This document shows positions 39,983 through 51,777 of a stretch of DNA of 64,000 nt, one piece after another. Every line of letters starts with the position of its first letter. Position 1 is the stretch's first letter. The stretch covers positions 1,088,001 through 1,152,000 of the forward strand of contig OY782391.1 of NCBI GenBank assembly GCA_963677745.1, written 5' to 3'. A program made the translations under genes and the position numbers. Under the pieces are notes generated by a model. The model was not told where the DNA came from, made no database searches, and saw only the letters and a program-made list of their open reading frames with translations. Source of the stretch: Candidatus Altimarinota bacterium. Lineage in GTDB: Bacteria; Patescibacteriota; Gracilibacteria; UBA1369.

Positions 39983-40102
39983 TTGATATAATTATCAAAG
40001 TTTTTTCAGATCAGAATCCTTGAAAAAGTCTACGCTACAGCAGCTGGACTTTTTTGTTAAAAAATATCAACAATATAATTAATATTTAATAAGAATAAGA
40101 AA

Positions 40103-42199
40103 ATGCCAAATGAATACAAACTAGACCTGGCTGGACGGCAGCTGAAAATTGATACCGGCCTGTTGGCCAATCAATCGAGCGGTTCGGTAACGGTCTCACT
40201 GGGGGACACAGTGGTTTTTGCCAGTGTGGTGATGGGCGATGCCCGTCCTGGAAATGACTTTTTCCCTCTGACCGTGGATTTCGAGGAAAAATACTATGCC
40301 GCCGGCAAGATCAAGGGCTCCCGTTTCATAAAAAGAGAAGGCCGCCCCTCCGAAAAATCCATCCTGAGTTCCCGCATGATTGACCGTCCAATCCGCCCGC
40401 TCTTTCCCAAACACATGATCAATGACGTTCAGCTGATCTGCTCTGTACTGTCAGCCGATCTGGAAGTGGATCCTTCCCCGCTTGGACTGATTGCCGCATC
40501 TGCCGCCATCTGTATTTCGGGAATGCCTTTCGGCGGACCGGTTGGAGCCGTAAGAATCGGACTTGTCAATGATCAGCTGGTTGTAAATCCCACCTATGAT
40601 CAGGTAGCCACCGGCAAACTGGATCTGGTGGTTGCCGGAACTGCTGAAGCCATTACCATGGTGGAGGCGGGGGCCAAGGAAATAGATGATGAAACTCTTC
40701 TCAAAGCTTTGGATCTGGCACATGTCGAAATAAAGAAAATCTGCGCCCTGCAGAAAGAATTCATGAAGGAATTCCGCAAAGCCGATCTGGAGGTAATCAT
40801 GGCTCCCGAAAACCAGTCAGCCATTGATGCCGTGGAAAAAACCGTTACCAAAGAGATGCTGGATGATCTGACCGGACCCACCAAAGTGGCTATCAAGGAA
40901 AAGATCCATGCCCTGGAAAATATGCTGGTGGAGAAGTTCAAGGCAGAGATTGAAGCCGGGACCTACACCGAAAACGATTTGAAAAATCATTTTGATTATA
41001 TGTTCGGCAAGAACATGAGAAAAAACATCCTGGAAAAAGAAAAGCGTCTGGATGGACGGAAAATGGATCAGATCAGACCTCTCAGTGTCAAAACCAGTTT
41101 GCTCCCCAAAACACACGGTTCCGCCCTTTTCCAGCGCGGGGAAACCCAGTCCCTTTCCATTGCCACACTCGGTTCACCGGGCTCGGCCCTGATCGTGGAC
41201 AGCATGGATGAGGACAGTGAGAAATTTTATTTCCATCATTATAATTTCCCGCCATTTTCCGTGGGCGAAACCAAGCCGCTGCGCGGCCCTTCCCGCCGGG
41301 ACATTGGTCACGGCTATCTGGCTGAAAAAGCTCTGGTGCCCGTGCTCCCCGAACATGCCAAATTTCCCTATACCGTCTGGGTCGTCTCCGAAATCATGTC
41401 CTGTAACGGTTCCAGCTCCATGGCTTCGGTCTGCGGTTCCACCGTTGCCCTGATGGATGCCGGAGTTCCGATCACCAAGCCGGTTGCCGGTATTGCCATG
41501 GGTCTGGTCACTTATGACGGAGATCTGGCCAATGGTTACAAGATACTTACAGATATTCAGAGTTTCGAGGATTTTGCCGGAGACATGGACTTCAAGGTGG
41601 CCGGCACCCGTGACGGCATTACCGCTTTGCAAATGGATATCAAAGTCAAAGGTCTGTCCGTTGATCTGTTGCGCCAGGCCCTGGCCCAGGCCAAGAAAGC
41701 CCGCCTGGAGATACTGGATGAAATTCAAAAGGTCATTCCCGCACCGCGGGCCGAGCTGGCTCCCAATGCCCCGCGCATTACCAGTATTCAGATTGATCCT
41801 GATAAAATCCGTGAAGTCATCGGCAAAGGCGGAGAAACCATTCAAAAGATCACCAAAGAAACCGGTGTGGAGATTGACATCGAGGACAGCGGTTTGATCA
41901 TGATTACCGCTACCAACCAGGAAGCCGCCAAACTGGCGGAAGAATGGATCAACCGCATTACTTACGAACCAAAAATCGGTGATATTTTTACCGGAAAAGT
42001 CGTGAAGATTATGGAATTCGGGGCCTTTGTGGAAATGGCTCCCGGTAAAGACGGACTGGTTCATATTTCCGAACTGGCTGACCACCGCGTGGAAAAAGTT
42101 GAGGACGTGGTCAAGGAAGGTGATATCATCAAAGTTAAACTGGTGGATATTGATGAAAAAGGCCGCTACAAACTGTCCCACAAGCAGGCTATGAAATAA
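40103..42199 (+). CDS. pnp: polyribonucleotide nucleotidyltransferase
   Basis: DFFPLTVD, RMIDRPIRPLF, HGSALFQRGETQ, SNGSSS-like, GDMDFKVAG, KH and S1 domains; follows rpsO. Confidence 0.98.
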   Translation: MPNEYKLDLAGRQLKIDTGLLANQSSGSVTVSLGDTVVFASVVMGDARPGNDFFPLTVDFEEKYYAAGKIKGSRFIKREGRPSEKSILSSRMIDRPIRPLFPKHMINDVQLICSVLSADLEVDPSPLGLIAASAAICISGMPFGGPVGAVRIGLVNDQLVVNPTYDQVATGKLDLVVAGTAEAITMVEAGAKEIDDETLLKALDLAHVEIKKICALQKEFMKEFRKADLEVIMAPENQSAIDAVEKTVTKEMLDDLTGPTKVAIKEKIHALENMLVEKFKAEIEAGTYTENDLKNHFDYMFGKNMRKNILEKEKRLDGRKMDQIRPLSVKTSLLPKTHGSALFQRGETQSLSIATLGSPGSALIVDSMDEDSEKFYFHHYNFPPFSVGETKPLRGPSRRDIGHGYLAEKALVPVLPEHAKFPYTVWVVSEIMSCNGSSSMASVCGSTVALMDAGVPITKPVAGIAMGLVTYDGDLANGYKILTDIQSFEDFAGDMDFKVAGTRDGITALQMDIKVKGLSVDLLRQALAQAKKARLEILDEIQKVIPAPRAELAPNAPRITSIQIDPDKIREVIGKGGETIQKITKETGVEIDIEDSGLIMITATNQEAAKLAEEWINRITYEPKIGDIFTGKVVKIMEFGAFVEMAPGKDGLVHISELADHRVEKVEDVVKEGDIIKVKLVDIDEKGRYKLSHKQAMK

Positions 42200-42252
42200 G
42201 CCTGTCCGGATGCCCGGATCGGATTAATTTAATCTGAAATAACTTGGATTTT

Positions 42253-42280
42253 AAAAGCCCCGCCATACGGCGGGGCTTTT
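42253..42280. terminator. bidirectional intrinsic terminator
   Basis: aaaagccccgcc-atac-ggcggggctttt between convergent pnp and dnaX. Confidence 0.85.
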
Positions 42281-42300
42281 CTTGCAGTGAAAAAATTTTT

Positions 42301-43890
42301 CTAGGCCACCATTTCTCCGCCGAAGACATTGAGGGCGGACTCAATCACATTATTTTTGACGGAGGACTTTTCGGCGGGAAGACTTTCGGCAGCTTTGTCG
42401 GAGGATTCTTCAGCCGTTTCCCCCAGTCCGGAGGAAGTCGTATTATCCTTTACCAGACCGGGATCGACTTTCCCCGTCAACTTGATGGGTTGACCTGTCT
42501 CTTCCAGAATAGCCTTTTCCGAAACAGCCAGCAGTTCCGGCACAAACAGTTTGTCCTTGTTGAAATGATTGCTGAAAGCCAAAGTCAAATTGCCGTTTTC
42601 CAGGGAGACCGGTTTGGCGGCCATCAGACAGCGCTTGGCTAATGGCAGATGAATCCTTTCAATCACTTTGTTCCATTTTTTTAGAAAATCTTTCAGTTCA
42701 GGCGTGTTTTTTGTATCCTCGGACAGTTCCGACGGTTCAGGGCCGGAATACGGTTCTGCCAGTTCAGGGTCTTGTGTTTTCGTGTCCGGCTTTTTTATCT
42801 GTGTAATTTGAGTCGGTCGTGGCGTGGGTCTGGCCTGTTCATCCTGGTTCGGCATGTTTCTAACCCCGGATTTGGCAATGGCCACCTCCAACGGCAGTTC
42901 CGGTATATAGGAAAACTTTTGTTTCTCGTAGGCCTCCTGAAAATACCCGATTAGCTCAATAAATCTGGCTGTATTGGCTCCGCTCTCCTGTTTCACGGCT
43001 TCCAGCAGTCTTTGGCGTAAAAAGTCCAGAAAATCACGGTTGAATTGCACCAGGTCGACTCCCGCCTGGAATATCTGGTCGAGTTTCAGCATGGCGTCGG
43101 CGGTTTGTCCGTTTTGCATCATTTCCAGAATTTCCTCGCAGGCGGAATAATGACTGATGCCCAAAACGCTTTTGACTCTGGCCGCATCCAGCTTCTTGCC
43201 GGTGGCAATCTGTTCCAGCAGTGTCAGGGCATCGCGGGCGCCGCCCCGGGCATGTTTGGCAAGAATGCGGACAGCCTCGTCTTCCGCCTCAATTCCTTCG
43301 ATTTTTGCCACCTGTTTTAGATGTTCTACCAGTATTTCTTCGGTAATCCTGCGGAAATCAAATCTCTGGCAGCGGGAAATAATCGTCTCCGGAACTTTGT
43401 TGATTTCGGTGGTGGCCAGTATGAAATAGACAAAAGAAGGTGGTTCCTCCAGGGTTTTCAGCAGGGCGTTGAAAGCCTCCTTGGTCAACATATGCACTTC
43501 ATCGATGATGTAGACCTTGTTTTTGGCTCTGGTGGGGGAGTAATTGATTTTCTCGCGCAGGTCGCGTATTTCGTCAATTCCGCGGTTGGAAGCGGCATCA
43601 ATTTCAATCACATCGATCAGCCGGCCGGCATCGATTTCCTCGGCCAATTCCGAGTCGTCAAAACGGCCATCCTCGGTCATGGTATCCACGTTGATGGCTT
43701 TGGCCAGCAGACGGGCTGTGGTGGTTTTGCCGGTGCCGCGTGGACCGGTAAACAGATAGGCGTGGGCAATCTTGCCGGACTTGATGGAGTTCAGCAGCGT
43801 CACCTTAATATGTTCCTGCCCGATCAGACTGGGAAAATCTTTGGGGCGGTATTTTCTGTATAGTGACATAATTGCTACATTATTGGCCAT
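42301..43890 (-). CDS. dnaX: DNA polymerase III subunit gamma/tau
   Basis: LYRKYRP, GPRGTGKT, EIDAASN, IIDEVHML, SRCQ. Confidence 0.97.
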   Translation of the reverse strand: MANNVAIMSLYRKYRPKDFPSLIGQEHIKVTLLNSIKSGKIAHAYLFTGPRGTGKTTTARLLAKAINVDTMTEDGRFDDSELAEEIDAGRLIDVIEIDAASNRGIDEIRDLREKINYSPTRAKNKVYIIDEVHMLTKEAFNALLKTLEEPPSFVYFILATTEINKVPETIISRCQRFDFRRITEEILVEHLKQVAKIEGIEAEDEAVRILAKHARGGARDALTLLEQIATGKKLDAARVKSVLGISHYSACEEILEMMQNGQTADAMLKLDQIFQAGVDLVQFNRDFLDFLRQRLLEAVKQESGANTARFIELIGYFQEAYEKQKFSYIPELPLEVAIAKSGVRNMPNQDEQARPTPRPTQITQIKKPDTKTQDPELAEPYSGPEPSELSEDTKNTPELKDFLKKWNKVIERIHLPLAKRCLMAAKPVSLENGNLTLAFSNHFNKDKLFVPELLAVSEKAILEETGQPIKLTGKVDPGLVKDNTTSSGLGETAEESSDKAAESLPAEKSSVKNNVIESALNVFGGEMVA

Positions 43891-43980
43891 TAATTTTTAC
43901 ACGTTTCCCGCCGAAAGTTAAACCAAAATTTCTGGACAGAATAGGCAAACTGTTACTGTCGGACGGTCGCCTCAAAAGAT

Positions 43981-45126
43981 TCAGACGGCTGTTGATTCCA
44001 GCGATTTTTTGATAAATTCCGCAATTTCTTTTTCAAATCTTTCAGTGGAAAACCGCAAAGCATCCTTCCGGATGTTTTCAGCGTGGTATTTTTTTTCATT
44101 CAATAGCATCCTGGCCAGAGCATCCTCCATCGAAGCCAGGTTTTGTTCGTCAAAAAATTCACCGTTAAAACCGGGTTTGATAAATTCCAGGGCCCCTCCC
44201 GCCTTGTAGGCCAGAACAGGTTTGCCGCAGGCCAAAGCCTCAATCATGGTGATGCCAAAATCCTCCTCCGAAGGGAAAATATAGCCGCGGCAGTTTTCCA
44301 GATATTTTTTGCATTCCTGATCCGTGAGCCTGCCTTTGAATTCGATGTTAATATCGGCAGTCGATTCCAAAAATTGCCTTTCCGGCCCCTCGCCGATGAT
44401 CACCAGTTTTTTTCGGGTTTTATTAAACAGATTGACCGCCAGATCGATCTTCTTGTAATCGGTCAGCGTCGAAATTATCAGAAAATAATCATCATGATCG
44501 GGATTGGTCTCAAACCTGTCCGTGTCCACCGGTGGATAAATCAATTCTGATTTTAGACGGTAATATTTATCAATCCTTTCCTGTACGTGCCGGGAATTGG
44601 CGATATAAAAATCAGGCCGGTCCGCCGCAATCTTGTCCCACAGCCGGATTTTCTCCAGAGAACGGGTGGCCAGCCACCTTTTTACCGGTCCAAACCACTT
44701 CTGTTGCAGGTACTCATGAGTATAATCCCAGGCATAGCGCATCGGGGAATGGCAATAGCAGACATGCACCGTTTCCGAACCGGTCAGTGCTCCATGGGCA
44801 AAAGCCGAACTGGAACTGATCACCAGATCGTAATCGCTAAAATCAAATGACTCGATGGCAAAGGGCATCAAAGGAAGCAGCCAGCGGTAGCGGCGCCGTA
44901 TGAATTTCGGGAATTTCTGCAAAAACGAAGGGCGAACCCGCTCCTTGGGAAAATCTTTTCCGCATTTGGATTCATCGTAAAGCAGTGTATAGACGGTAGC
45001 TTCGGGATACATTTCCGAAAGCTTTTTTACGACTCTTTCCGCACCGCCCATTTTGACCAGCAATTCGGCTACCAGGGCAACTTTTGGTTGATGTTTGGTC
45101 TGATCTGCCTGTTTGAAACTATTCAT
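43981..45126 (-). CDS. glycosyltransferase family 4
   Basis: GGAERV, YCHSPMRYAW, IYPPVD, EDFGI..IEALACGKPV. Confidence 0.92.
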   Translation of the reverse strand: MNSFKQADQTKHQPKVALVAELLVKMGGAERVVKKLSEMYPEATVYTLLYDESKCGKDFPKERVRPSFLQKFPKFIRRRYRWLLPLMPFAIESFDFSDYDLVISSSSAFAHGALTGSETVHVCYCHSPMRYAWDYTHEYLQQKWFGPVKRWLATRSLEKIRLWDKIAADRPDFYIANSRHVQERIDKYYRLKSELIYPPVDTDRFETNPDHDDYFLIISTLTDYKKIDLAVNLFNKTRKKLVIIGEGPERQFLESTADINIEFKGRLTDQECKKYLENCRGYIFPSEEDFGITMIEALACGKPVLAYKAGGALEFIKPGFNGEFFDEQNLASMEDALARMLLNEKKYHAENIRKDALRFSTERFEKEIAEFIKKSLESTAV

Positions 45127-45128
45127 GC

Positions 45129-47240
<2,112 letters not shown>

Positions 47241-47326
47241 TCAAAGGTACTTTAACCAAAATTTCAGATTGTTTCAACCTGCCCGGAAAAATGTTATTAT
47301 TATTGAGAACAATTATTTGAGAATTT

Positions 47327-47797
47327 ATGGAAACTCAACTGGGCAGCCAGGTCGTCGAAATCAAAAACGAGGGCCAAAAAGTAATTTATCTGATCCGCAA
47401 AGCCTATCTGGAAGGTTCTCTGTCTGTCTCCTCCAATCCCACCGCCGAAGTTCAATTTATGCTCAATAAGCCGACTGCCATCGATAAGAAACAATATCAG
47501 GCTGATCCCAAAGACCAGGTGTTTTTGAAAGAAATTATTAAAAGAGTTGAATCCGGCGAAATCAAGTTGTATTCGCCTTCCACCTTGCTCAACCCGGCTG
47601 TTTATGAGCAGGCCCCTGCAGAACTAAAAGCCAAAGCAGACTATGATATTCTGATTTTGATTCACAAAATCCGCCAGATCAAGAAATTATGGGATGAGGG
47701 GGCTAAAGGCAGCTATCAGATTATGAATCTTGTCAACTCCCTGCGTTTGGCTAAAGAAAGCCTTGAAACCCAGCAAGGAGACATTTTTGTCATCTGA
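47327..47797 (+). CDS. hypothetical protein
   Basis: 156-aa ORF; no motif recognised. Confidence 0.6.
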   Translation: METQLGSQVVEIKNEGQKVIYLIRKAYLEGSLSVSSNPTAEVQFMLNKPTAIDKKQYQADPKDQVFLKEIIKRVESGEIKLYSPSTLLNPAVYEQAPAELKAKADYDILILIHKIRQIKKLWDEGAKGSYQIMNLVNSLRLAKESLETQQGDIFVI

Positions 47798-47872
47798 TTA
47801 AGGTTGCAGGCGGCTTTTATTGAAAATAAAGCGAAAAATTGGTATAATTAACGGATATCAATATAAAAACCA

Positions 47873-48505
47873 ATGCCAACAGATCCCAGCAGTGGTGACA
47901 TACAGATTACAGCGGCAGGACCCGCACCGACTTCACCGGCTTCCCAGACACCTGGACCGGCGGCTGCTTCAACAGGTCAACAGCCGGTCGCCCAAGCTCC
48001 GGTCGTAACAACTCCTGTGGTAGCGCCTGCAGCCGCTCAACCGGCTGTCCCCGCTCAACCGGCAGCTCCCGCCCAGCCTGTCAATAAAAAAGCCTTCAAC
48101 CTGGAGGAGGGGGTAGCGGAGGCCTCAACCGGCCCGGTCAAACCCGATAAATTTGCCATCCCCAAAATCGTCCGCGAAAAATATCCGGATCTGGTTGAAC
48201 TGATCAAAGTTACTGAGTCGATGGACGATCAGGAGCGACAATACTGGTTCCAGATTCTGCCGGTCATGACGCCCGAGCAGGTGGAAAAATTCCGCGGCAT
48301 TCTGGTCACGGAAAAAGAACAGCTGGCCCAGTTGGACAAGGAGTATGAAGATGAATTGAATCGTCTCAACGACAAGCATCTGCTGGAATGGAAAGAATTT
48401 GAATCAAAGGAAAAGAGCAAAGCCATCAAAGACGCCGAAGCCAAAAGCAGTGAGGAAGAGAAAAAAATGGAAGAGGATCTGCTGGCCAAACTCAGCAACG
48501 TATAA
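47873..48505 (+). CDS. hypothetical protein (Pro/Ala-rich N-terminus, coiled-coil C-terminus)
   Basis: SM...ERQYWF.ILP.M core; promoter-like TTGAAA-17 nt-TATAAT at 47820-47848. Confidence 0.7.
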   Translation: MPTDPSSGDIQITAAGPAPTSPASQTPGPAAASTGQQPVAQAPVVTTPVVAPAAAQPAVPAQPAAPAQPVNKKAFNLEEGVAEASTGPVKPDKFAIPKIVREKYPDLVELIKVTESMDDQERQYWFQILPVMTPEQVEKFRGILVTEKEQLAQLDKEYEDELNRLNDKHLLEWKEFESKEKSKAIKDAEAKSSEEEKKMEEDLLAKLSNV

Positions 48506-48514
48506 AAACACTTC

Positions 48515-49474
48515 ATGCCGGACTACCGCTTCGGGGACAAAGAGGAGCAGACTTCAAAAGCTACGCCGGAAAGCCGCCCGATTCCTGTTGAGGACGGCGC
48601 GGTCACTTTCAAAATCGGACATCCGGAAGTCCCTTCGGCATCAGCCGCTCCAAACCAGACTGCGCCAGCCGGTTCTTCCGTTGTTGCCAAGACTGCCCGG
48701 CCAGCCTCTGCCAGACCCCGTCAAACTGCTTCCAAAGGTTCTCTGCATCTGACCAACCGCATCTGGCATCTGCTGGAATTTATTGCTGTGACAGCGGTGG
48801 TTTTTACGGTGTTATTTTTTATCATCAATTTTGATTCATACAGCCGTCTGTTTATGAGCAAGCTGGATCAGCTGCGCGGACAGATGAACAGCAATCCTTA
48901 TACGCAGCAGGAGCAGCAGGCACTGAAAACAGCTTCCCCCGAGGGCCAGAAACCTTTGCCCATCATCAGCAATCCCCAGGCCACCAAAAAACAAATTCCC
49001 GAACTTAACCTGAGTATCGCGCCTCCCGACGACCGAATAATTATTCCCCGTATTGGACAGAATGTCCCGATTGTCCGGGTCCCCACCGACAAACTGATTC
49101 AACGCGACTGGTCGGCGCTGGAAAAACAGATTCAGGACTCATTGCGTTACGGCGTGGTGCACTTTCCCGGCACTGCTTTTCCCGGAGACAGCGGGAATGT
49201 TGTGATTACCGGTCACAGTTCGTATTTTCCCTGGGATCCGGGTCGTTTCAAAGACGTATTTGCGTTGTTGCATCAGGTGGACGTAGGGGATGAAGTGATC
49301 GTTTATCACGATCAGACCAAATATCGCTACATAGTCTCGGAAAAAAAGGTAGTCAAACCCAGCCAGGTTGACGTGTTGACTCAGGAGGGAGGAGATCGCC
49401 TCACCCTCATCACTTGTACGCCGGTGGGGACTGACCTCAACCGTCTGATTGTTCTGGCCAAACCCGAGGTGTAG
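48515..49474 (+). CDS. sortase
   Basis: TM anchor; GNVVITGHSS (His), LTLITCTP (Cys), RLIV (Arg). Confidence 0.92.
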   Translation: MPDYRFGDKEEQTSKATPESRPIPVEDGAVTFKIGHPEVPSASAAPNQTAPAGSSVVAKTARPASARPRQTASKGSLHLTNRIWHLLEFIAVTAVVFTVLFFIINFDSYSRLFMSKLDQLRGQMNSNPYTQQEQQALKTASPEGQKPLPIISNPQATKKQIPELNLSIAPPDDRIIIPRIGQNVPIVRVPTDKLIQRDWSALEKQIQDSLRYGVVHFPGTAFPGDSGNVVITGHSSYFPWDPGRFKDVFALLHQVDVGDEVIVYHDQTKYRYIVSEKKVVKPSQVDVLTQEGGDRLTLITCTPVGTDLNRLIVLAKPEV

Positions 49475-49802
49475 AAAATCGATCGGGACTATTTGAAACA
49501 AATGCAGCAGCATCTGGACCAGGGAGGTATGCCGGGGGAGGTGAATTGAGGCGTGGAGCGGCAGTCCATTTAATACACTGTTGATATTCGTAAAGGTAAG
49601 AAAATCTTACTTTTACGAAGAGCGTTTGTAGAGATTATGTTCCCCCTTGAACAGAACAAGTCAGATAGTCAAAAATGCCCCAGGCCCATTGTCAAAAAAC
49701 GTAAAATGTTGTACTATTATATATAGCGTATTGATTTATTCAAAAAATTCAATATATTCGATCTTCACCAAGTTTTTCTAACTATAAGTTACTAAATCAA
49801 AT

Positions 49803-51668
49803 ATGCAGAACCCAGTAATCCCGGAGTCGTCCAAACAAGCCGAACAATCCTTACTAGCCGTACAGCCGGAACAACAGGAACATCATGAACAGGCCGAACA
49901 CTCCGAACACATTGAATACTCCGATCAACAAATAGAACGCGCCCATGAAGTACTGGGAATTTCCGGTATGCCCTATCTGATTCTGGAAAGCGATGCGGCC
50001 AAATTTGCCGAACGAAATATTGATGTCAGTCAGTATTTGAAACAGCACGATACCTCTTTCTTTGCTCCCGGAGCTATTCCCAATCTCTTCAAGAAAAATA
50101 AATGGAATCAGGTATTTGTGGAAATCGGTAAGAATTCCAATGTCCAGGAAATCGGTAAAATGGAAATTACTCAGGGACAAGAAGTACAAATCAAGATTGG
50201 CGAAGGCACTTCCATTGCCCATGGAGTTAAATTTCTGCCATCGGATGGCGAAATGGTTAATTACACTATTGGAAATAATGTATTTATCGGTATTGGCACA
50301 CATTTGGCCGAGGGGGTTATTGGCAATAATTGCAATATTGGCTTCAATTGCCGCCTGGAAAATGACGTCGAAGTCGGAGATTATGTGACCATCTGTGACG
50401 GTGCGGTCATTGAGGAAGAAATCAAACTCCCACCGTTTACCGTGGTTCCACCGGGTCTCAGGGTTACGCGTGAAATAGCGGAGAAACCTGCTGTCAGCCC
50501 CGCAGAATATGTGGAAATGACAAAAAATGCCACCGAACCGGTAAAGACATTAATCAGGTTTACTTTTGAGCAACAGCAGGAAATTTTACATGCCGAAGCA
50601 CCTGACCAACTGAGTGAAAAGAACGGGGTAAACGGCAATCTGAAAGCCAATAGCATTCTGGATCAGGCTGGCGTGGAAGCCAGTTCACTTTTCCTGACCC
50701 AGTTTAACCGTATTGTTGTCAGTGAAAACCGGCTCTTCCCTTTGATGTACCGGTTGATTGGCAAATTCCACCCGGAACACGTCGAAAATAGTGACCGGTC
50801 TACTGAAGCCAATACTTATGGCAACAATGTCCAGATCATGGATTTACCGGTAGATCGTACCGCCTTTATTAAGCATTATATGGATCAGGTCAAGAATGGT
50901 GTACAGGAAGGAGATATTGCCCCTTATCAGGGCGAATTTACCACTTGCCAGGTGGACTGGGACCGGGTCAGATTTAAGGGAGATACTCATTTAATTGGTC
51001 CGATTGAAATCACAGGGAATAGTGAGTTTGGAAAACATTTTGTGGGAAGATTTGATGAAGGAAACAAAGGGGACAAGTTAAAACTTAACAAGTGTAATTT
51101 GGGTGCACATACTACTTTCCATGCCTCCGGCAGTAAGACTTTAGACTCAGTTGAGGCGGGTGATGAATGCGTCTTTCACGGAAGTATCTATCTGGTGAAA
51201 ACCGCTTTGGGCAGTTCAATTATTCTTCATAACGTCAGTGCTTTGGGCAGTAACCTGCATGGCGATTCAATTTTACTTGGTGCGACGATCAAGGACTCCA
51301 CTGTAGGAACAGGGAATGTTATCCTTGGCCACCACGGACAGATTGATTTGGAATATATCAATACCGCCAAACATATGGTGGTTTTACATAAAGTTAAAAT
51401 TTTGGGCAGAGGGAAAGAACGTGACCAGCTGATCTGGTTCGGTAACGGCAGCAAGATCAGAGAAAATACTGTTATCTATGGTCGCGGAGCCATTAAACGC
51501 AATCAACTTTTTGGTCCCAATGGAGTTTATGAAATTATTCCCGGCCAGGAAGTCAGAAAACTGACTCCTTCCGAAATGAGTAATTTTATAGAGAATCTAA
51601 CTGAACAGGGGGTTATACAACTCCAATCTATGATCAGCGATTCCACCGAGTCACAACTGCCATCCTGA
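49803..51668 (+). CDS. left-handed beta-helix (hexapeptide repeat) protein with two gamma-carbonic-anhydrase-like regions
   Basis: IGxN/xxIG repeats; SNVQE...IAHG in region 1; RFD...NLG...FH...FHG...LH in region 2. Confidence 0.65.
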   Translation: MQNPVIPESSKQAEQSLLAVQPEQQEHHEQAEHSEHIEYSDQQIERAHEVLGISGMPYLILESDAAKFAERNIDVSQYLKQHDTSFFAPGAIPNLFKKNKWNQVFVEIGKNSNVQEIGKMEITQGQEVQIKIGEGTSIAHGVKFLPSDGEMVNYTIGNNVFIGIGTHLAEGVIGNNCNIGFNCRLENDVEVGDYVTICDGAVIEEEIKLPPFTVVPPGLRVTREIAEKPAVSPAEYVEMTKNATEPVKTLIRFTFEQQQEILHAEAPDQLSEKNGVNGNLKANSILDQAGVEASSLFLTQFNRIVVSENRLFPLMYRLIGKFHPEHVENSDRSTEANTYGNNVQIMDLPVDRTAFIKHYMDQVKNGVQEGDIAPYQGEFTTCQVDWDRVRFKGDTHLIGPIEITGNSEFGKHFVGRFDEGNKGDKLKLNKCNLGAHTTFHASGSKTLDSVEAGDECVFHGSIYLVKTALGSSIILHNVSALGSNLHGDSILLGATIKDSTVGTGNVILGHHGQIDLEYINTAKHMVVLHKVKILGRGKERDQLIWFGNGSKIRENTVIYGRGAIKRNQLFGPNGVYEIIPGQEVRKLTPSEMSNFIENLTEQGVIQLQSMISDSTESQLPS

Positions 51669-51777
51669 AAACCGCCGCAACTCAAACGAAAATTATATCG
51701 CAAACACTTTCTCAGGCCGGATTGACAATTGTGGGGAATTTGGTTCAAAGTATGCCCGCTATTAACAGCAAATTAGG

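Noticed and set aside
41174-42181. Long antisense ORFs (335 aa opposite pnp; also 23732..24484, 29521..30192, 55153..55827)
   Set aside because: They are shadows of well-supported genes on the other strand, with no motifs of their own.
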